Assembly: GCA_020726265.1 (NCBI GenBank)
Contig: DYSZ01000002.1
Location: forward strand, 1,262-65,261
Origin: Draconibacterium orientale
Lineage (GTDB): Bacteria > Bacteroidota > Bacteroidia > Bacteroidales > Prolixibacteraceae
Direction: 5' to 3'
Length of the DNA: 64,000 nucleotides
Below, piece by piece: positions 28,206 through 38,895 of this stretch. Both the position numbers and the translations under genes were made by a program. The notes under the pieces were generated by a model. The model ran no database searches. It had not been told where the DNA came from and worked only from the letters and a program-made list of their open reading frames with translations. Numbering within the stretch: the first letter of the stretch is position 1; each line of letters starts with the position of its first letter.

Positions 28206-28907
28206 CTATCTTTTCTTAACTTTTCCGGAACCCGAGATTGAGGAATCGATGGCAGGATTACCACTGTAATATACATTTCCTGAACCTGAAACCCTAACAT
28301 TCAGCTGACCATTCGAAATTACTGAACAATTGCCGGAGCCTGAAGTTTGTACATCAACCGTATTGGCTTCAAAAACTGATGCGTTTACATTTCCCGAACC
28401 CGAAATCCGGATCCGCAGATTTTCAGCAATTCCACCCGATTCAAGGTTAATATTTCCGGAACCTGAAATAACTGCATCCACTTTCTCTGCACCTAATTTT
28501 TCAATCCTTATATTTCCGCTTCCACTGATTGCCAGATCGAGAATACGGGTCTTAATATTTTCAGAGACGATATCGCCGGAACCTGAAACTGTTAGTCCGT
28601 CAACTTCAGGAACAGTAATATAGACCTCTACTTTACCAGGGTTCCAGTTACGAAACATATTCGTGTTGGGGTACCTGATATTCAAGGTTCTGTCTTTAAC
28701 TTCCGTGATAATTTCCTCGAGTGTTTCGGGTTCAGCAACAATTTTTACACTTTGCTTTTCGCCCTGTACAACATAAACTTTTGCTGAAATACGAAGTGCA
28801 ATTTTTGAAAATGCCGGCATCTCACGTATTTCTTCTTTGGCCTGCAACGTCGTATTCAGTATAAAAGCCAACAGCAAAAGCGCGATAAAACTGATTTTGT
28901 TCATCAT
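28206..28907 (-). CDS. DUF2807 / head GIN-domain protein (putative adhesin-like beta-helix), secreted
   Basis: Signal peptide and repeated SGSGN/SGSGD beta-helix rungs. Confidence 0.7.
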   Translation of the reverse strand: MMNKISFIALLLLAFILNTTLQAKEEIREMPAFSKIALRISAKVYVVQGEKQSVKIVAEPETLEEIITEVKDRTLNIRYPNTNMFRNWNPGKVEVYITVPEVDGLTVSGSGDIVSENIKTRILDLAISGSGNIRIEKLGAEKVDAVISGSGNINLESGGIAENLRIRISGSGNVNASVFEANTVDVQTSGSGNCSVISNGQLNVRVSGSGNVYYSGNPAIDSSISGSGKVKKR

Positions 28908-29023
28908 GATTTCTTTCTGATTAATTGTTTCGACTTTCTTTTCAATTCAAATTTCATTTTACCAATGACGTCGAAATCACACCGAAGTTGCATAAAATGA
29001 AAATTATTTTTACTGACTTCCCT

Positions 29024-29551
29024 TTATTCTATTAATCCTTCCGGTAACCTAAGCTGAATAATTTTTTTATCGGCATCAATTTCAACAAGAAAATCTTCAT
29101 TAAACGGCACCAAAAGTTCGGTTCTTTTATACCTTACCGTAAATACAATATTTCCTGAATAATCGTCGATATGTTCAATTTTACCGATTTCACCTAAAGT
29201 TGTATCCCAAACAGTAAATCCTTCAAAACGGTCGTCAGACTCAGCATCGGGTTCCAGCTGAATTTCATCGGAGAAAAGGAAAACGGAACAACCTACCAAC
29301 CGTTTGGCATATTTTTCGGTTTCCACCCCATCTAAAGTTAAAATGGCTGTGTCGTCGGTTTTGTATCTGAAGCCATCACCAACCAGAAAAAATGGCACCA
29401 ACAAACCATCGATTTCAACAAAAAACCGATTAGCATTTTCAATTGAAAACTCAAATTGTGGTTCGAATTCAAGAACCAGTTCTCCGTGCACTCCGTGAGT
29501 TTTTTTGAAGTACCCGATTTTTTCGCATTCAGATTTTGGTATTGTTTCCAT
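29024..29551 (-). CDS. rimM: 16S rRNA processing protein RimM
   Basis: IGYFKKTHGVHGELVLEF, and a PRC-barrel-like C-terminus ...VPFNEDFLVEIDADKKIIQLRLPEGL. Confidence 0.85.
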   Translation of the reverse strand: METIPKSECEKIGYFKKTHGVHGELVLEFEPQFEFSIENANRFFVEIDGLLVPFFLVGDGFRYKTDDTAILTLDGVETEKYAKRLVGCSVFLFSDEIQLEPDAESDDRFEGFTVWDTTLGEIGKIEHIDDYSGNIVFTVRYKRTELLVPFNEDFLVEIDADKKIIQLRLPEGLIE

Positions 29552-29905
29552 TTGGGCAAAGATAATTAAGTATTTACAATTAAGTGATTTACAATTTACA
29601 ATTTGGCTTTTGCCCCACTTAATCTGTAACTGGGTGAAAAAAATGTTGTTAAACCAATTAAATTACGTTTTGGTTAAGCCTGAATCGAGTAGGAGGAAAA
29701 TAAAATAGGTTTTTCTTTTTAACAAACGGGAATCTCCGATATAAATACTTACGGACTTGATGCCAGTCTGGTATCAATAGAGTTACTCCTGTAAACAATA
29801 CCGAGTAAAATGAAGATTTCATTTATATCAAAAAGATGATTGAAATAAAAAACGGCTGACTCTTTTCAGAATCAACCGTTTCCTTTTTTTGATTTTATTT
29901 GTTGC

Positions 29906-30841
29906 TTATAAAATATTCATTCCATTGAGCACGTCCATAATTCCTTTTACCGAATTGGCCGATGCGTGAAGCAGTTCAAGTTCAGCATCATTCAGCGAAA
30001 CTTCAATGATTTTTTCTACCCCGTTTTTACCCAGTTTCACCGGAGCGCCAACAAACATGTTGTTCAAACCGTATTCGCCATCGAGTTTCACGCAGCAGGG
30101 GAAAATACGTTTCTGGTCCATCACAATGGCTTCAACCATTTGGGCAGCAGCCGAACCCGGAGCATACCAGGCCGATGTTCCCATCAGGTTAACCAGTTCG
30201 CCACCGCCCGATTTTGTGCGTTCAACAATAGCGTTCAGTTTATCGGCATCAATTAATTCGGTTACCGGAATACCCGAAACAGTGGTGTAACGAGGCAGCG
30301 GAACCATGGTATCGCCGTGGCCACCCATCAATAACGCCTGAATATCGCGTGGCGAACAATCAAGTGCTTCGGCTAAAAATGCGCGGTAACGGGCAGTATC
30401 AAGAATACCTGCCATACCCATTACTTCGGTTCTTGGTTTTTTTGCGGTAACAAAAGCGGCATAAGTCATTACATCGAGCGGATTGGAAACAATAATGATT
30501 TTTGCCTTTGGCGAATACTTCACCACATTTTCAGTCACGTTTTTTACGATTCCGGCATTGATTGAGATCAGGTCGTCGCGGCTCATTCCGGGTTTACGCG
30601 GAATACCCGAAGTAATTACAACCACTTCCGAATCAGCAGTTTTTGCATAGTCGTTTGTCGAACCCACAAGGCGGGTATCGTATTCATTGATCGGGGCAGT
30701 TTGCCACAAATCGAGCGACTTGCCTTCCGAAATTCCTTCTTTGATATCGAGAAGAACTACTTCCTGTACGATATTTTTTTCGGCAACAATCTGTGCACAG
30801 GTAGCACCCACATTGCCAGCTCCAACTACTGTTACTTTCAT
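29906..30841 (-). CDS. mdh: malate dehydrogenase
   Basis: MKVTVVGAGNVGATCA and IPRKPGMSRDDL. LDH-like MDH, 311 aa. Confidence 0.9.
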   Translation of the reverse strand: MKVTVVGAGNVGATCAQIVAEKNIVQEVVLLDIKEGISEGKSLDLWQTAPINEYDTRLVGSTNDYAKTADSEVVVITSGIPRKPGMSRDDLISINAGIVKNVTENVVKYSPKAKIIIVSNPLDVMTYAAFVTAKKPRTEVMGMAGILDTARYRAFLAEALDCSPRDIQALLMGGHGDTMVPLPRYTTVSGIPVTELIDADKLNAIVERTKSGGGELVNLMGTSAWYAPGSAAAQMVEAIVMDQKRIFPCCVKLDGEYGLNNMFVGAPVKLGKNGVEKIIEVSLNDAELELLHASANSVKGIMDVLNGMNIL

Positions 30842-30908
30842 TTTAATAATACGTTATTTTATTATAAATCTTTTTATTTTAAAGGTAATTTCTTTTTAGA
30901 AAGAATTG

Positions 30909-30916
30909 CAAATATA
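30909..30916 (-). promoter_or_regulatory. candidate -7 promoter box for mdh (TAtaTTTG on minus strand)
   Basis: caaatata on the + strand, about 68 nt upstream of the mdh ATG. Confidence 0.35.
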
Positions 30917-30987
30917 AATGATTTTACCAAAGTGAAAAATTTATAAAACAAGCAAAATCCGGGTTAACATCTTGGGAAAAGAGAAGA

Positions 30988-31020
30988 AGCCCCTCCCCTG
31001 CTCTCCCCAGGTGGAGGGGG
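30988..31020. repeat. GC-rich hairpin repeat, copy 4
   Basis: agcccctcccc-tg-ctctcccc-aggt-ggaggggg. Confidence 0.65.
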
Positions 31021-31143
31021 ATGGAAAACAGGAGTAAATTACGATTTACTGATTTACTATTTATGTGAATTAAGTGGAAAATCCGTATTTTCATTCTTTA
31101 ACTTATCCTGATTTTCAGACAGTTGCTTTTTTGATGTTTTTTT

Positions 31144-31305
31144 CCGCAGGTCGATGACCATGCGGTTTTGAAAATCTGACTTTTCAAGTCAGTTCTGCAA
31201 TTTGTCCTGAAAGGACTTATTTTCATAACCACAGGTTGTGACCTGTGGTTGTAGCATAATAGAACCAAACTGCCTGTAAGGCAGGATTTCTCGACAGAAT
31301 TGCAA
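31144..31305. repeat. cluster of five short tandem hairpins (REP-like array or structured RNA)
   Basis: ccgca..tgcgg; ctgact-tttca-agtcag; gtcc-tgaaa-ggac; aaccacagg-ttgtga-cctgtggtt; ctgcc-tgtaa-ggcag. A possible enclosing helix is tgcaatt..tgtc / gaca..aattgca. Confidence 0.45.
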
Positions 31306-31449
31306 TGAATAAAACCGTTCAATACAGGTTACTAACTCTTGATTCGCATTAATTGCCTTTTATTATGGAATCCAGAATCCGGGTTCCGAATCTCCAAAAA
31401 TTCCAATATCAAGTATCGGGAATCAAGAATCAAGTATCCGATTTCAATC

Positions 31450-33636
31450 TCAATTCAGCCAATAAGTAATTTTGAGTACAAGTGCACGATTACGGGAACT
31501 CCAGTCGCCGGTGAAATAATTGTCGGTGTACACAAGGTAGATATCCGAAACCGGTTGGTAACGCCACTGTAAACGCATGTTTATATTCATGTTTTCAATC
31601 TGTTCGTTGTATTGCACAAAGGTTGTCCAGAATATTTTGTCGGTAAAAGTTACATCGAGTTTAGGTCCGACAAGCAGGAATTTAGTACGCTCGAACGGAT
31701 CGCCCAAATCCATGTAGGTATAATTAAAATTCATTGTCAAATTTATGAAGGGTTGTATGCGGTAACCCACAATGCCATCAATGTACTGAATTTCACCAGT
31801 ATAATATGATCCTTTTGCCGCTTCAAACGAATAACTCAGCATATTTTTCCGGGTTGACATGTACGCAACAAAAGCACCACCAAAATCATACGATGAACCG
31901 GTTGGCAGATAACGATCGCCGCTGTGTGTTGGGTCGAAATCATCCTGCAATTCAACAAAAAAATCTTTGTATCCGAATTGGAGATGCGACATGTTTTGAA
32001 ATTCCAACTTATAAGAAAACGTGTTTTCGTGTTCAATTTTCCGGTAATCAGCATCAAAATAATTTTCATTTTCAACCGAAGGACCGTGACTGACAATCTG
32101 CCCGTTGGGAACAAAAAGGTAAGTAATTTCGGGCCCAAGAAAATTGTACCCTGTGCGGCGTACATAGCCTGTTTCGGCTAGGTAGTTTTGGCCAACCGAA
32201 GTCTGCGAAACCCTTGCCTGAATGTGTGTTGTGTTGTATGCAAGTGTTGCTCCCTGCGCGTATTGTTTATCAGGGTTTCCAGGCTGAAACGAGCGGTGGT
32301 AAAAAAACTTGCCACTCCAGAAATTATTGCCGGAAGCCAGGTTATAATCAAAACCAAAAACACGGTTAAACATGGTAGTATCAGCAGGCTGGTTGAAATA
32401 TTCCTTGTTCACAAATATGAACCCGAAATTGGAGCGTGCAAAAACCTTTTGCTGAACCGAGGCCACTGTAAAATTGCGTGCAAGAAAATCCCCGGTTTCG
32501 CGGGTTGTCATATTAATTAAACCAATACGGAGATTATTTCCGATTTTACCGGTAAGCCGGGCGCCAGCCAAAACTGGTGCATCGAGCCCGATGCGGCGAG
32601 AGAAAAACGGGGTAACCGACTCATAACCATAATTGGCAAATAAATCGCTGTTTTCGAGAAAAAACTGGCGCTTTTCAGGGAAAAGCAGCTCGAAGCGGTC
32701 GATGTTAGCAATTTGCCTGTCAACTTCAACCTGCGAAAAATCGGGGTTGTAGGTAAGGTCAAGATTAAGTGATGATGAAAGACCTACTTTGGCGTCGAAT
32801 CCAAAATCTTTGCGGTACTCAGCCCCGGTTCCAGCCTCATAATCGTTGGCATAACTCCCGAAGACATAAGGTATAAACGAAAGTTGCGTGCGGGGTTTTG
32901 GCAGTGGCTCGTCAAATTTCATCACTCCGGTATAAGCCAGCGAAGCCGTAGGGAATTGACGTGGCACAGATGCCCACGATGACTTTTCATTCGACTTTAA
33001 ATCCAAACGGCTGAAATTCACGTTCCACATTTTTGAATCGGCAGGGTAACGCACCGATTTAAATGGAATTCTTAATTCAGAAACCCATTTGTCGGCATAA
33101 TTTTTTGTTTTCGATTCCCATTTGATATCCCACATCAATGAAATTTTAACTCCACCGTTCGACATCAACCCGTCCCATTTGGCACCAGAGGCTGAAACGC
33201 CAAACGAAAATCCGTTTGTTTGGTCGAGAAACGTATCGAAGAAAATTAACAGGTTATCGTTGTTACTGAAAATAAAATCGGGGCGGAATGACTCCATGAT
33301 TCGTTTACCCGGAATTGAATCGTAAAAAACCTGGGCTACATACAAAGCTTTGTCGTCATAAGTCATCATTATCTCTGAAGGTTGCGCTGCAAATCCCGAA
33401 TCGATCGGCAAAACAAGGTTAAAATCGGTTGCCTTTTGAGCCACCTGCCAAGCTGCCTCATCAATAACTCCATCGATTTTAATATCCGAGTTCCGTTTTT
33501 TTACAACGTACACATAATCTTTGTTATGCGTTTCGATTACAGTGTCGTTTTTAAGGCTGAAAACTTCATTTGCGACAGCTGATGAAGCATTGAAAATCAA
33601 CATAATAATAAATATCCACGAAAAAGTTCTATTCAT
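31450..33636 (-). CDS. CBM9-like + DUF5916 outer-membrane-associated protein
   Basis: Signal peptide and IKIDGVIDEAAWQVAQKATDF (CBM9-like). 728 aa and beta-rich. Ends in an aromatic-rich beta-strand terminus. Confidence 0.65.
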   Translation of the reverse strand: MNRTFSWIFIIMLIFNASSAVANEVFSLKNDTVIETHNKDYVYVVKKRNSDIKIDGVIDEAAWQVAQKATDFNLVLPIDSGFAAQPSEIMMTYDDKALYVAQVFYDSIPGKRIMESFRPDFIFSNNDNLLIFFDTFLDQTNGFSFGVSASGAKWDGLMSNGGVKISLMWDIKWESKTKNYADKWVSELRIPFKSVRYPADSKMWNVNFSRLDLKSNEKSSWASVPRQFPTASLAYTGVMKFDEPLPKPRTQLSFIPYVFGSYANDYEAGTGAEYRKDFGFDAKVGLSSSLNLDLTYNPDFSQVEVDRQIANIDRFELLFPEKRQFFLENSDLFANYGYESVTPFFSRRIGLDAPVLAGARLTGKIGNNLRIGLINMTTRETGDFLARNFTVASVQQKVFARSNFGFIFVNKEYFNQPADTTMFNRVFGFDYNLASGNNFWSGKFFYHRSFQPGNPDKQYAQGATLAYNTTHIQARVSQTSVGQNYLAETGYVRRTGYNFLGPEITYLFVPNGQIVSHGPSVENENYFDADYRKIEHENTFSYKLEFQNMSHLQFGYKDFFVELQDDFDPTHSGDRYLPTGSSYDFGGAFVAYMSTRKNMLSYSFEAAKGSYYTGEIQYIDGIVGYRIQPFINLTMNFNYTYMDLGDPFERTKFLLVGPKLDVTFTDKIFWTTFVQYNEQIENMNINMRLQWRYQPVSDIYLVYTDNYFTGDWSSRNRALVLKITYWLN

Positions 33637-33907
33637 GTGGTTTAACCGATTTAGGTGAGGCGCAAATATATAGAATTTGTTGAAAACAAAAGCTGAATCA
33701 GGTTCATTCTCATTGGCATTTGAGTCACGCGAGGCAAAAAAATGGCTGAATTTTTCTGTGAAAACCTGTTCTGTATTATTTATTTTCAGCTTTTAGTAAC
33801 AGTAATCTTTATTTTTATCAGTAAAACAGATACAAAATATCGTTTTCAGTTTTAGATTTGTAGTTGAAAATTTCAAAATTAATTATTAACCTTTAAAATA
33901 GCGGGTT

Positions 33908-34009
33908 ATGTCAAAAGGAATGGATGTAAAAAAAGCGGCTAAAAAAGAACCACTAAAAACTGCCAAGGAAAAAAAAGCAGAGAAAAGAGAAAAGAAATCA
34001 AAATATTAG
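33908..34009 (+). CDS. candidate 33-aa lysine-rich small protein
   Basis: MSKGMDVKKAAKKEPLKTAKEKKAEKREKKSKY. Followed by the strong terminator at 34030-34073. Not in the ORF track because it is shorter than 60 aa. Confidence 0.3.
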   Translation: MSKGMDVKKAAKKEPLKTAKEKKAEKREKKSKY

Positions 34010-34029
34010 TGGTAGTAAAATCGCTGGGA

Positions 34030-34073
34030 ATACCCTTGCAGAAATCAGATAGATGGATGCAAGGGTATTTTTT
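34030..34073. terminator. rho-independent terminator
   Basis: atacccttgca-(17 nt)-tgcaagggtat-ttttt. Confidence 0.7.
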
Positions 34074-35466
34074 ATAATAATTTTTTTATCAGCTTGAAAT
34101 ATTTAAACGGCGCAAATTTAAACGGGAGGTCAATCCAGGTTGGGGTTGTTACAATTGCACGTTGATTGCTGAAAGCCAGGAAGCTGAATTTACCATGGTA
34201 CTTTCCAAGTCCGCTGTTGCCAACTCCACCGAATGGCAGGTTATGATTCACAAAATGCATCAGGGTATCGTTGATACAACCACCGCCCGAAGTTGTTGCT
34301 AAAATCATTTTTCTTGCTGATTTGTTTCTCCCGAAATAGTAAAATGCCAGCGGTTTTTCGTTACTATTTACATATAAAATTGCCTCGTCTGTTTCCCTGA
34401 AGGTGATAACAGGTAAAATTGGTCCAAAAATCTCTTCCTGCAAAATTGGATATTCTGGTTTGATTTCATCGATAATCGTAAAATCAATGAATTTTTGTGT
34501 ACGATCGGCTTTCCCACCAAAAATTATTTTACCGTGTTTCATCAGATTTTCAAGCCTGTCAAAAGTCTGTTCATTTACGATGTGAGGAAATATTGGGCTG
34601 TTTTCTCGGTCGATTCCATACATTTCATTCACATTATCACCAATCAATCTGAGCAATTCATCCTTTACTGATTCATGCACCAAAAGATAGTCGGGGGCAA
34701 TGCAAGTCTGACCCGCATTGATACATTTTCCAAAAGCAATTCGTCGGGCAGCTACCTTTATATCAGCATCCTTTTCAACAATACACGGGCTTTTCCCGCC
34801 GAGTTCAAGTACAACTGGGGTCAGAAATTCAGCAGCGGCTTTCATTACCACTTTTCCAACTTGCGGGCTGCCAGTGAAAAAAATAAAATCAAAACGCTGT
34901 TCCAGCAAAATCTCGTTCACTTTCCGGCTTCCCTGAACCATTGCGATGTATTTGGGCGCGAAAGTTTCAGCAATCATTTCTTCCATTGCCAGCGCAACAT
35001 TGGGTGTGTAAGGCGAAGGTTTCAGTATTGCAGTGCAACCCGAAGAAATAGCTCCGACAACTGCATTCATCAGCAACATAAACGGATAATTCCAAGGGGC
35101 CATTATCAAAGACACACCCAGTGGTTCAAAAAAGATATGGCTTGATGAAGGCTGCAAAACCAACGGAGTTCTGATTCGTTTTGATTTTGACCACTTTGTA
35201 ACGTTTTTAATGTGGTAATCAATTTCACCAAGAACGATTCCGATTTCGGTTAAATAAGTTTCTTCGTATGATTTGTGCAGGTCAGTCCAAAAGGCTCCTG
35301 CAATGCTTTTTTCGTGTTTGAGAATGGCAGTTTTAAACTTCTTCAGCATTTCAATCTTGAATCCGATATCCTTGGTTTTTCCGGAAGCAAAAAAAACACG
35401 CTGTTTTTCAATCAGTAACTCAATTGTAACCCTTGAAGTATCATTCATAAATTCATTTTTCAACAA
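34072..35466 (-). CDS. NAD(P)-dependent aldehyde dehydrogenase (class 3-like)
   Basis: ELGGKSPCIV and GQTCIAPDY (catalytic Cys). The start could be the M at 35448. Confidence 0.85.
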   Translation of the reverse strand: MLKNEFMNDTSRVTIELLIEKQRVFFASGKTKDIGFKIEMLKKFKTAILKHEKSIAGAFWTDLHKSYEETYLTEIGIVLGEIDYHIKNVTKWSKSKRIRTPLVLQPSSSHIFFEPLGVSLIMAPWNYPFMLLMNAVVGAISSGCTAILKPSPYTPNVALAMEEMIAETFAPKYIAMVQGSRKVNEILLEQRFDFIFFTGSPQVGKVVMKAAAEFLTPVVLELGGKSPCIVEKDADIKVAARRIAFGKCINAGQTCIAPDYLLVHESVKDELLRLIGDNVNEMYGIDRENSPIFPHIVNEQTFDRLENLMKHGKIIFGGKADRTQKFIDFTIIDEIKPEYPILQEEIFGPILPVITFRETDEAILYVNSNEKPLAFYYFGRNKSARKMILATTSGGGCINDTLMHFVNHNLPFGGVGNSGLGKYHGKFSFLAFSNQRAIVTTPTWIDLPFKFAPFKYFKLIKKLL

Positions 35467-35482
35467 TATTTAAAGTTGTTTA

Positions 35483-37723
35483 TCAGAACAGAAAACCAAT
35501 TTTTACGTGGTGGTAAAAAGCCCCTATTTCGGGGGAGTACATTACATTGTATTCCATTGGCATGGCACTCAGGTTGTAGGCCAATCCAAGTGAAAAACCA
35601 TTTATCCATTCCATTTTTTCGGTATCGAAAAATTTGTCGTCGGTCGTAAAACTATGGATGCCGGTATTGGCGCGGCCAATAAGCAGAAAGCTGCCCATAA
35701 AATTATATTGCAATCCAACCAAAGCGGATCCTATTGAAGAAGAGTTGATTTGGGTATCATTCAGTCCGACAAAGGTCATTTGGTTTGCTGTAACTTTCTG
35801 AATGCCACCAATTGTGAAATTATCAAAAATAAAGTTTTGGGAATTAAGCAGAAGTCCGGTTTGCAGATTGAAAAGAAGAACTGTTCCTTTGTTAAAGGAA
35901 TGATATTTATTAAAATTCAGCGCAAAGCGGTAAAAGGCAGGCTGCCCGTTAATCAGGTCAGAAACATCAGCAGTGGTTCTCTCTGAATTGTAAATCTCTA
36001 TTTTTGCTCTGCGGTGCCAGAGAAAACCAGCTTCGGCCCTGAATTCATGACCTTTTGTTGGATAAAACGGCCTGTCGATGGTGGTTGATTCGGTTTTTAA
36101 ATAGGTATGGTAATTTTTTGAATTGCCTTTAATTTTTAGGTTATCGGCTATACTTGGGTTGAATGAAACTTTTTGAAACATTGTGCCCACAGCAATCCGC
36201 CAGTCGTTTTCAAGTGTAATTGCATAATTCATATCAGCGGTTGTATTCAGCATGTTGTAAACCGATGTTTTTTCGCTTCCATCGTACATATTTAAAGGGA
36301 GGTTTTCGCTGATAAAGATTCCGTTGATATACTGGTTTCCTTTTTGGCCAAAAGCCTGGTTGTGTTCGAGTTGAATGCCCATGTATTCACCAACTCCGAC
36401 TTTAACGAAAGTACGCGATTTGTTGAGGAGCAAATTCCGGATTGTTGCATTTGCAATCAAAGCTGGTCCGGCATAAGAATGGTACAACAGTCCGGCTTTT
36501 ACCTGCGTCATTTGTGTTTCCTGAACAATACAATGCATTCGGGCGTGTCTGCGGGAGGTGGGGTATAAATGATAATATACTTTATCGTAATACCTGCTTG
36601 AATATGCCTTTCTGAACCCTTTGTTGATTTCTTCGGCTGTGTAGCTGTCACCGGTTTTAATTTGCAGTTTATCAAGTAGTTGATTTTGGCTTGTTTTGTC
36701 GAGTCCTTCGAAAGTAATTTCGTCAATAATTATCGACTCACGCTCAGGCAACCGATTGTCGGGATTGAATTTTACTTTTTCGATAGCGTTAAGTGAATCG
36801 GCTAGGTGTTTGAAATACGGATAATATTTTTTGCCTATTTCTTCCCCGATTTTCATAATCTCATCAACAGATACAAAACTACCGGCACTATAATTTTCAA
36901 CCGGAGGTTCGATAATAAGGTTACAAAGTTTTTTTTCCTTTACAAGATCCTCAGCATCGCGGTATTGTGTAATCTGGTAAAACACATCCAGAATGTTGTT
37001 TAGTTTCGAAACATCGGGTAATCCCAGAAAAAGATTCACGCCAATCACAATGTCGGCTCCCATTTTATTTACGTCTGTAACCGGAAAATTTCTGATAATT
37101 CCGCCATCAACAAGTTTTGTGGAGTCATAATCTATGGCTGTAAAAACACTCGGGATCGCCATGCTTGAACGAAGAGCAGTCACAATTTCGCCTTTGTCGA
37201 GAACAACAGCATTGCCATTGGATAAATCGGTGGCAATACATTTAAACGGGATATTGAACTTTGAAAAGTCTTTGACATTGTACACCGGCAAAAAAAGCTC
37301 GTTTAATTTCAGCCAGAGTTCCTCCGACTCAATCAAACCGGTAGCAATCTGAGGCTTCATATTTTTTAAACCTATTTCCACCGAGTATTTGCCATATTCA
37401 TCTTTTTCTTCGATTGCGATATCGCTATAACTGGGCTTGTTACTTAAAATAACATTCCAGTCGAGGTCGTTTGATATTATTTCAATTTCTTTTCCTGAAT
37501 ACCCAACGGCATAAAGTGCTCCAACAATACTGCCCATGCTGGTACCGGTAATGTAATCGATTTTTAATCCGGCACTGTCGATGGCCTGTAAAATGCCCAC
37601 ATGCGAAATGCCTTTTGCTCCACCACCACTAAGTACCAGACCAACCTGGGGGCGTTGAGCCTGGGTTGTGATGGCAGCAGTCAAAATAAAAACCATGAAA
37701 ATAAAGCTGGTTCGTTTTTCCAT
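35483..37723 (-). CDS. patatin-like phospholipase with C-terminal Omp85-like beta-barrel
   Basis: LVLSGGGAKG oxyanion motif, GTSMGS nucleophile, DGG. Long beta-rich C-terminal half ending in F. Confidence 0.8.
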   Translation of the reverse strand: MEKRTSFIFMVFILTAAITTQAQRPQVGLVLSGGGAKGISHVGILQAIDSAGLKIDYITGTSMGSIVGALYAVGYSGKEIEIISNDLDWNVILSNKPSYSDIAIEEKDEYGKYSVEIGLKNMKPQIATGLIESEELWLKLNELFLPVYNVKDFSKFNIPFKCIATDLSNGNAVVLDKGEIVTALRSSMAIPSVFTAIDYDSTKLVDGGIIRNFPVTDVNKMGADIVIGVNLFLGLPDVSKLNNILDVFYQITQYRDAEDLVKEKKLCNLIIEPPVENYSAGSFVSVDEIMKIGEEIGKKYYPYFKHLADSLNAIEKVKFNPDNRLPERESIIIDEITFEGLDKTSQNQLLDKLQIKTGDSYTAEEINKGFRKAYSSRYYDKVYYHLYPTSRRHARMHCIVQETQMTQVKAGLLYHSYAGPALIANATIRNLLLNKSRTFVKVGVGEYMGIQLEHNQAFGQKGNQYINGIFISENLPLNMYDGSEKTSVYNMLNTTADMNYAITLENDWRIAVGTMFQKVSFNPSIADNLKIKGNSKNYHTYLKTESTTIDRPFYPTKGHEFRAEAGFLWHRRAKIEIYNSERTTADVSDLINGQPAFYRFALNFNKYHSFNKGTVLLFNLQTGLLLNSQNFIFDNFTIGGIQKVTANQMTFVGLNDTQINSSSIGSALVGLQYNFMGSFLLIGRANTGIHSFTTDDKFFDTEKMEWINGFSLGLAYNLSAMPMEYNVMYSPEIGAFYHHVKIGFLF

Positions 37724-37973
37724 TTTTCTTCTACTGATTGGTTTTCAATGCCAAGATATTAAAATCTACGATTCAAAAATATGTTTTCCTCTGTTATGCC
37801 AGCCTGATTTTTTATTGCAGAATTTCTTTTCCGAAATTATCGATCAGGTTTTTTAATTGCTAAATGACAAGTAATTGAAAAGTAAGTTCATAATTCAATA
37901 AGAATGATTTGGATTTTATTTTAATTTTATAATGAATAGGTATATCAAAAATCTGAATCGAAACTAAAAACTT

Positions 37974-38882
37974 ATGAAAACTACACGAAGAGATTTTATC
38001 AGAACAGGTGCAGTTGCTGCGACTGGTATTTCATTGCTCGGGCATATTGCCTGTAACCCAATCGCTCCAGGTGCCAACTTTTTAACTGCGGTGCAATTGT
38101 ATTGTGTGCGCGTCGAAATGCAAGCCGATCCGCTTGGGTCGCTTACCAAACTGGCCAAAATGGGTTACACTCATGTAGAACATGCCAATTATGTCGATCA
38201 CAAATTTTATGGTTGGACGGCCGCAGAATTCAAAAAAGTACTTGGCGATTTGGGATTGAAAATGCCATCAGGGCATACAGTTCTGGGGAAAGACCACTGG
38301 GATGCTGCCGCCGGCGATTTTACCGCTGTATGGAAAAAAACAGTGGAAGACGCGGCGCTGCTGGAACAGCAGTTTGTGGTAAGTCCGTGGCTTGACGATA
38401 GCCTCAGACAAACCTATGACGATTTGTTGCGGTTTATGGAAGTGTTTAATAAATGCGGTGAGTTGTGTCAGAAATCGGGGATGCAATTTGGTTACCACAA
38501 CCACGATTTTGAATTTAGTGCTACACTGAATGGCGAAAAAGTTTTCGATCTGATGATGAAAAATACAGATGCCGATAAAGTGGTGATGCAGCTCGATATG
38601 GGAAACATGTACATTGCCGGTGCACTTGCTAAAGATGTAATTGCCCAATATCCGGGCCGTTATGGAACAATTCATGTCAAAGACATGATAAAAACAAGCG
38701 AAGGCGAAGGTTTTGAAAGCACAATACTGGGCAGTGGGCTCGTTGGCTCGAAAGAAGTTACTGACCTTGCCAAAGCTTTGGGGACAAAACTCTTTGTGAT
38801 TGAACAGGAATCGTACCAGGGTAAAACTCCGATGGAATGCATGGAAGAAGATTTAAAAGTGATGAAATCGTGGGGATATTAA
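37974..38882 (+). CDS. sugar phosphate isomerase/epimerase (xylose isomerase-like TIM barrel) with Tat signal
   Basis: MKTTRRDFIRTGAVAATG twin-arginine signal. 302 aa. Confidence 0.7.
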   Translation: MKTTRRDFIRTGAVAATGISLLGHIACNPIAPGANFLTAVQLYCVRVEMQADPLGSLTKLAKMGYTHVEHANYVDHKFYGWTAAEFKKVLGDLGLKMPSGHTVLGKDHWDAAAGDFTAVWKKTVEDAALLEQQFVVSPWLDDSLRQTYDDLLRFMEVFNKCGELCQKSGMQFGYHNHDFEFSATLNGEKVFDLMMKNTDADKVVMQLDMGNMYIAGALAKDVIAQYPGRYGTIHVKDMIKTSEGEGFESTILGSGLVGSKEVTDLAKALGTKLFVIEQESYQGKTPMECMEEDLKVMKSWGY

Positions 38883-38895
38883 TCCGATGACAGCT

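Noticed and set aside
31339-31572. A 77-aa plus-strand ORF at the 3' end of the DUF5916 gene.
   Set aside because: It starts in phased low-complexity repeat DNA (IKNQESRIKY-type translation) and then runs antisense into the real gene.
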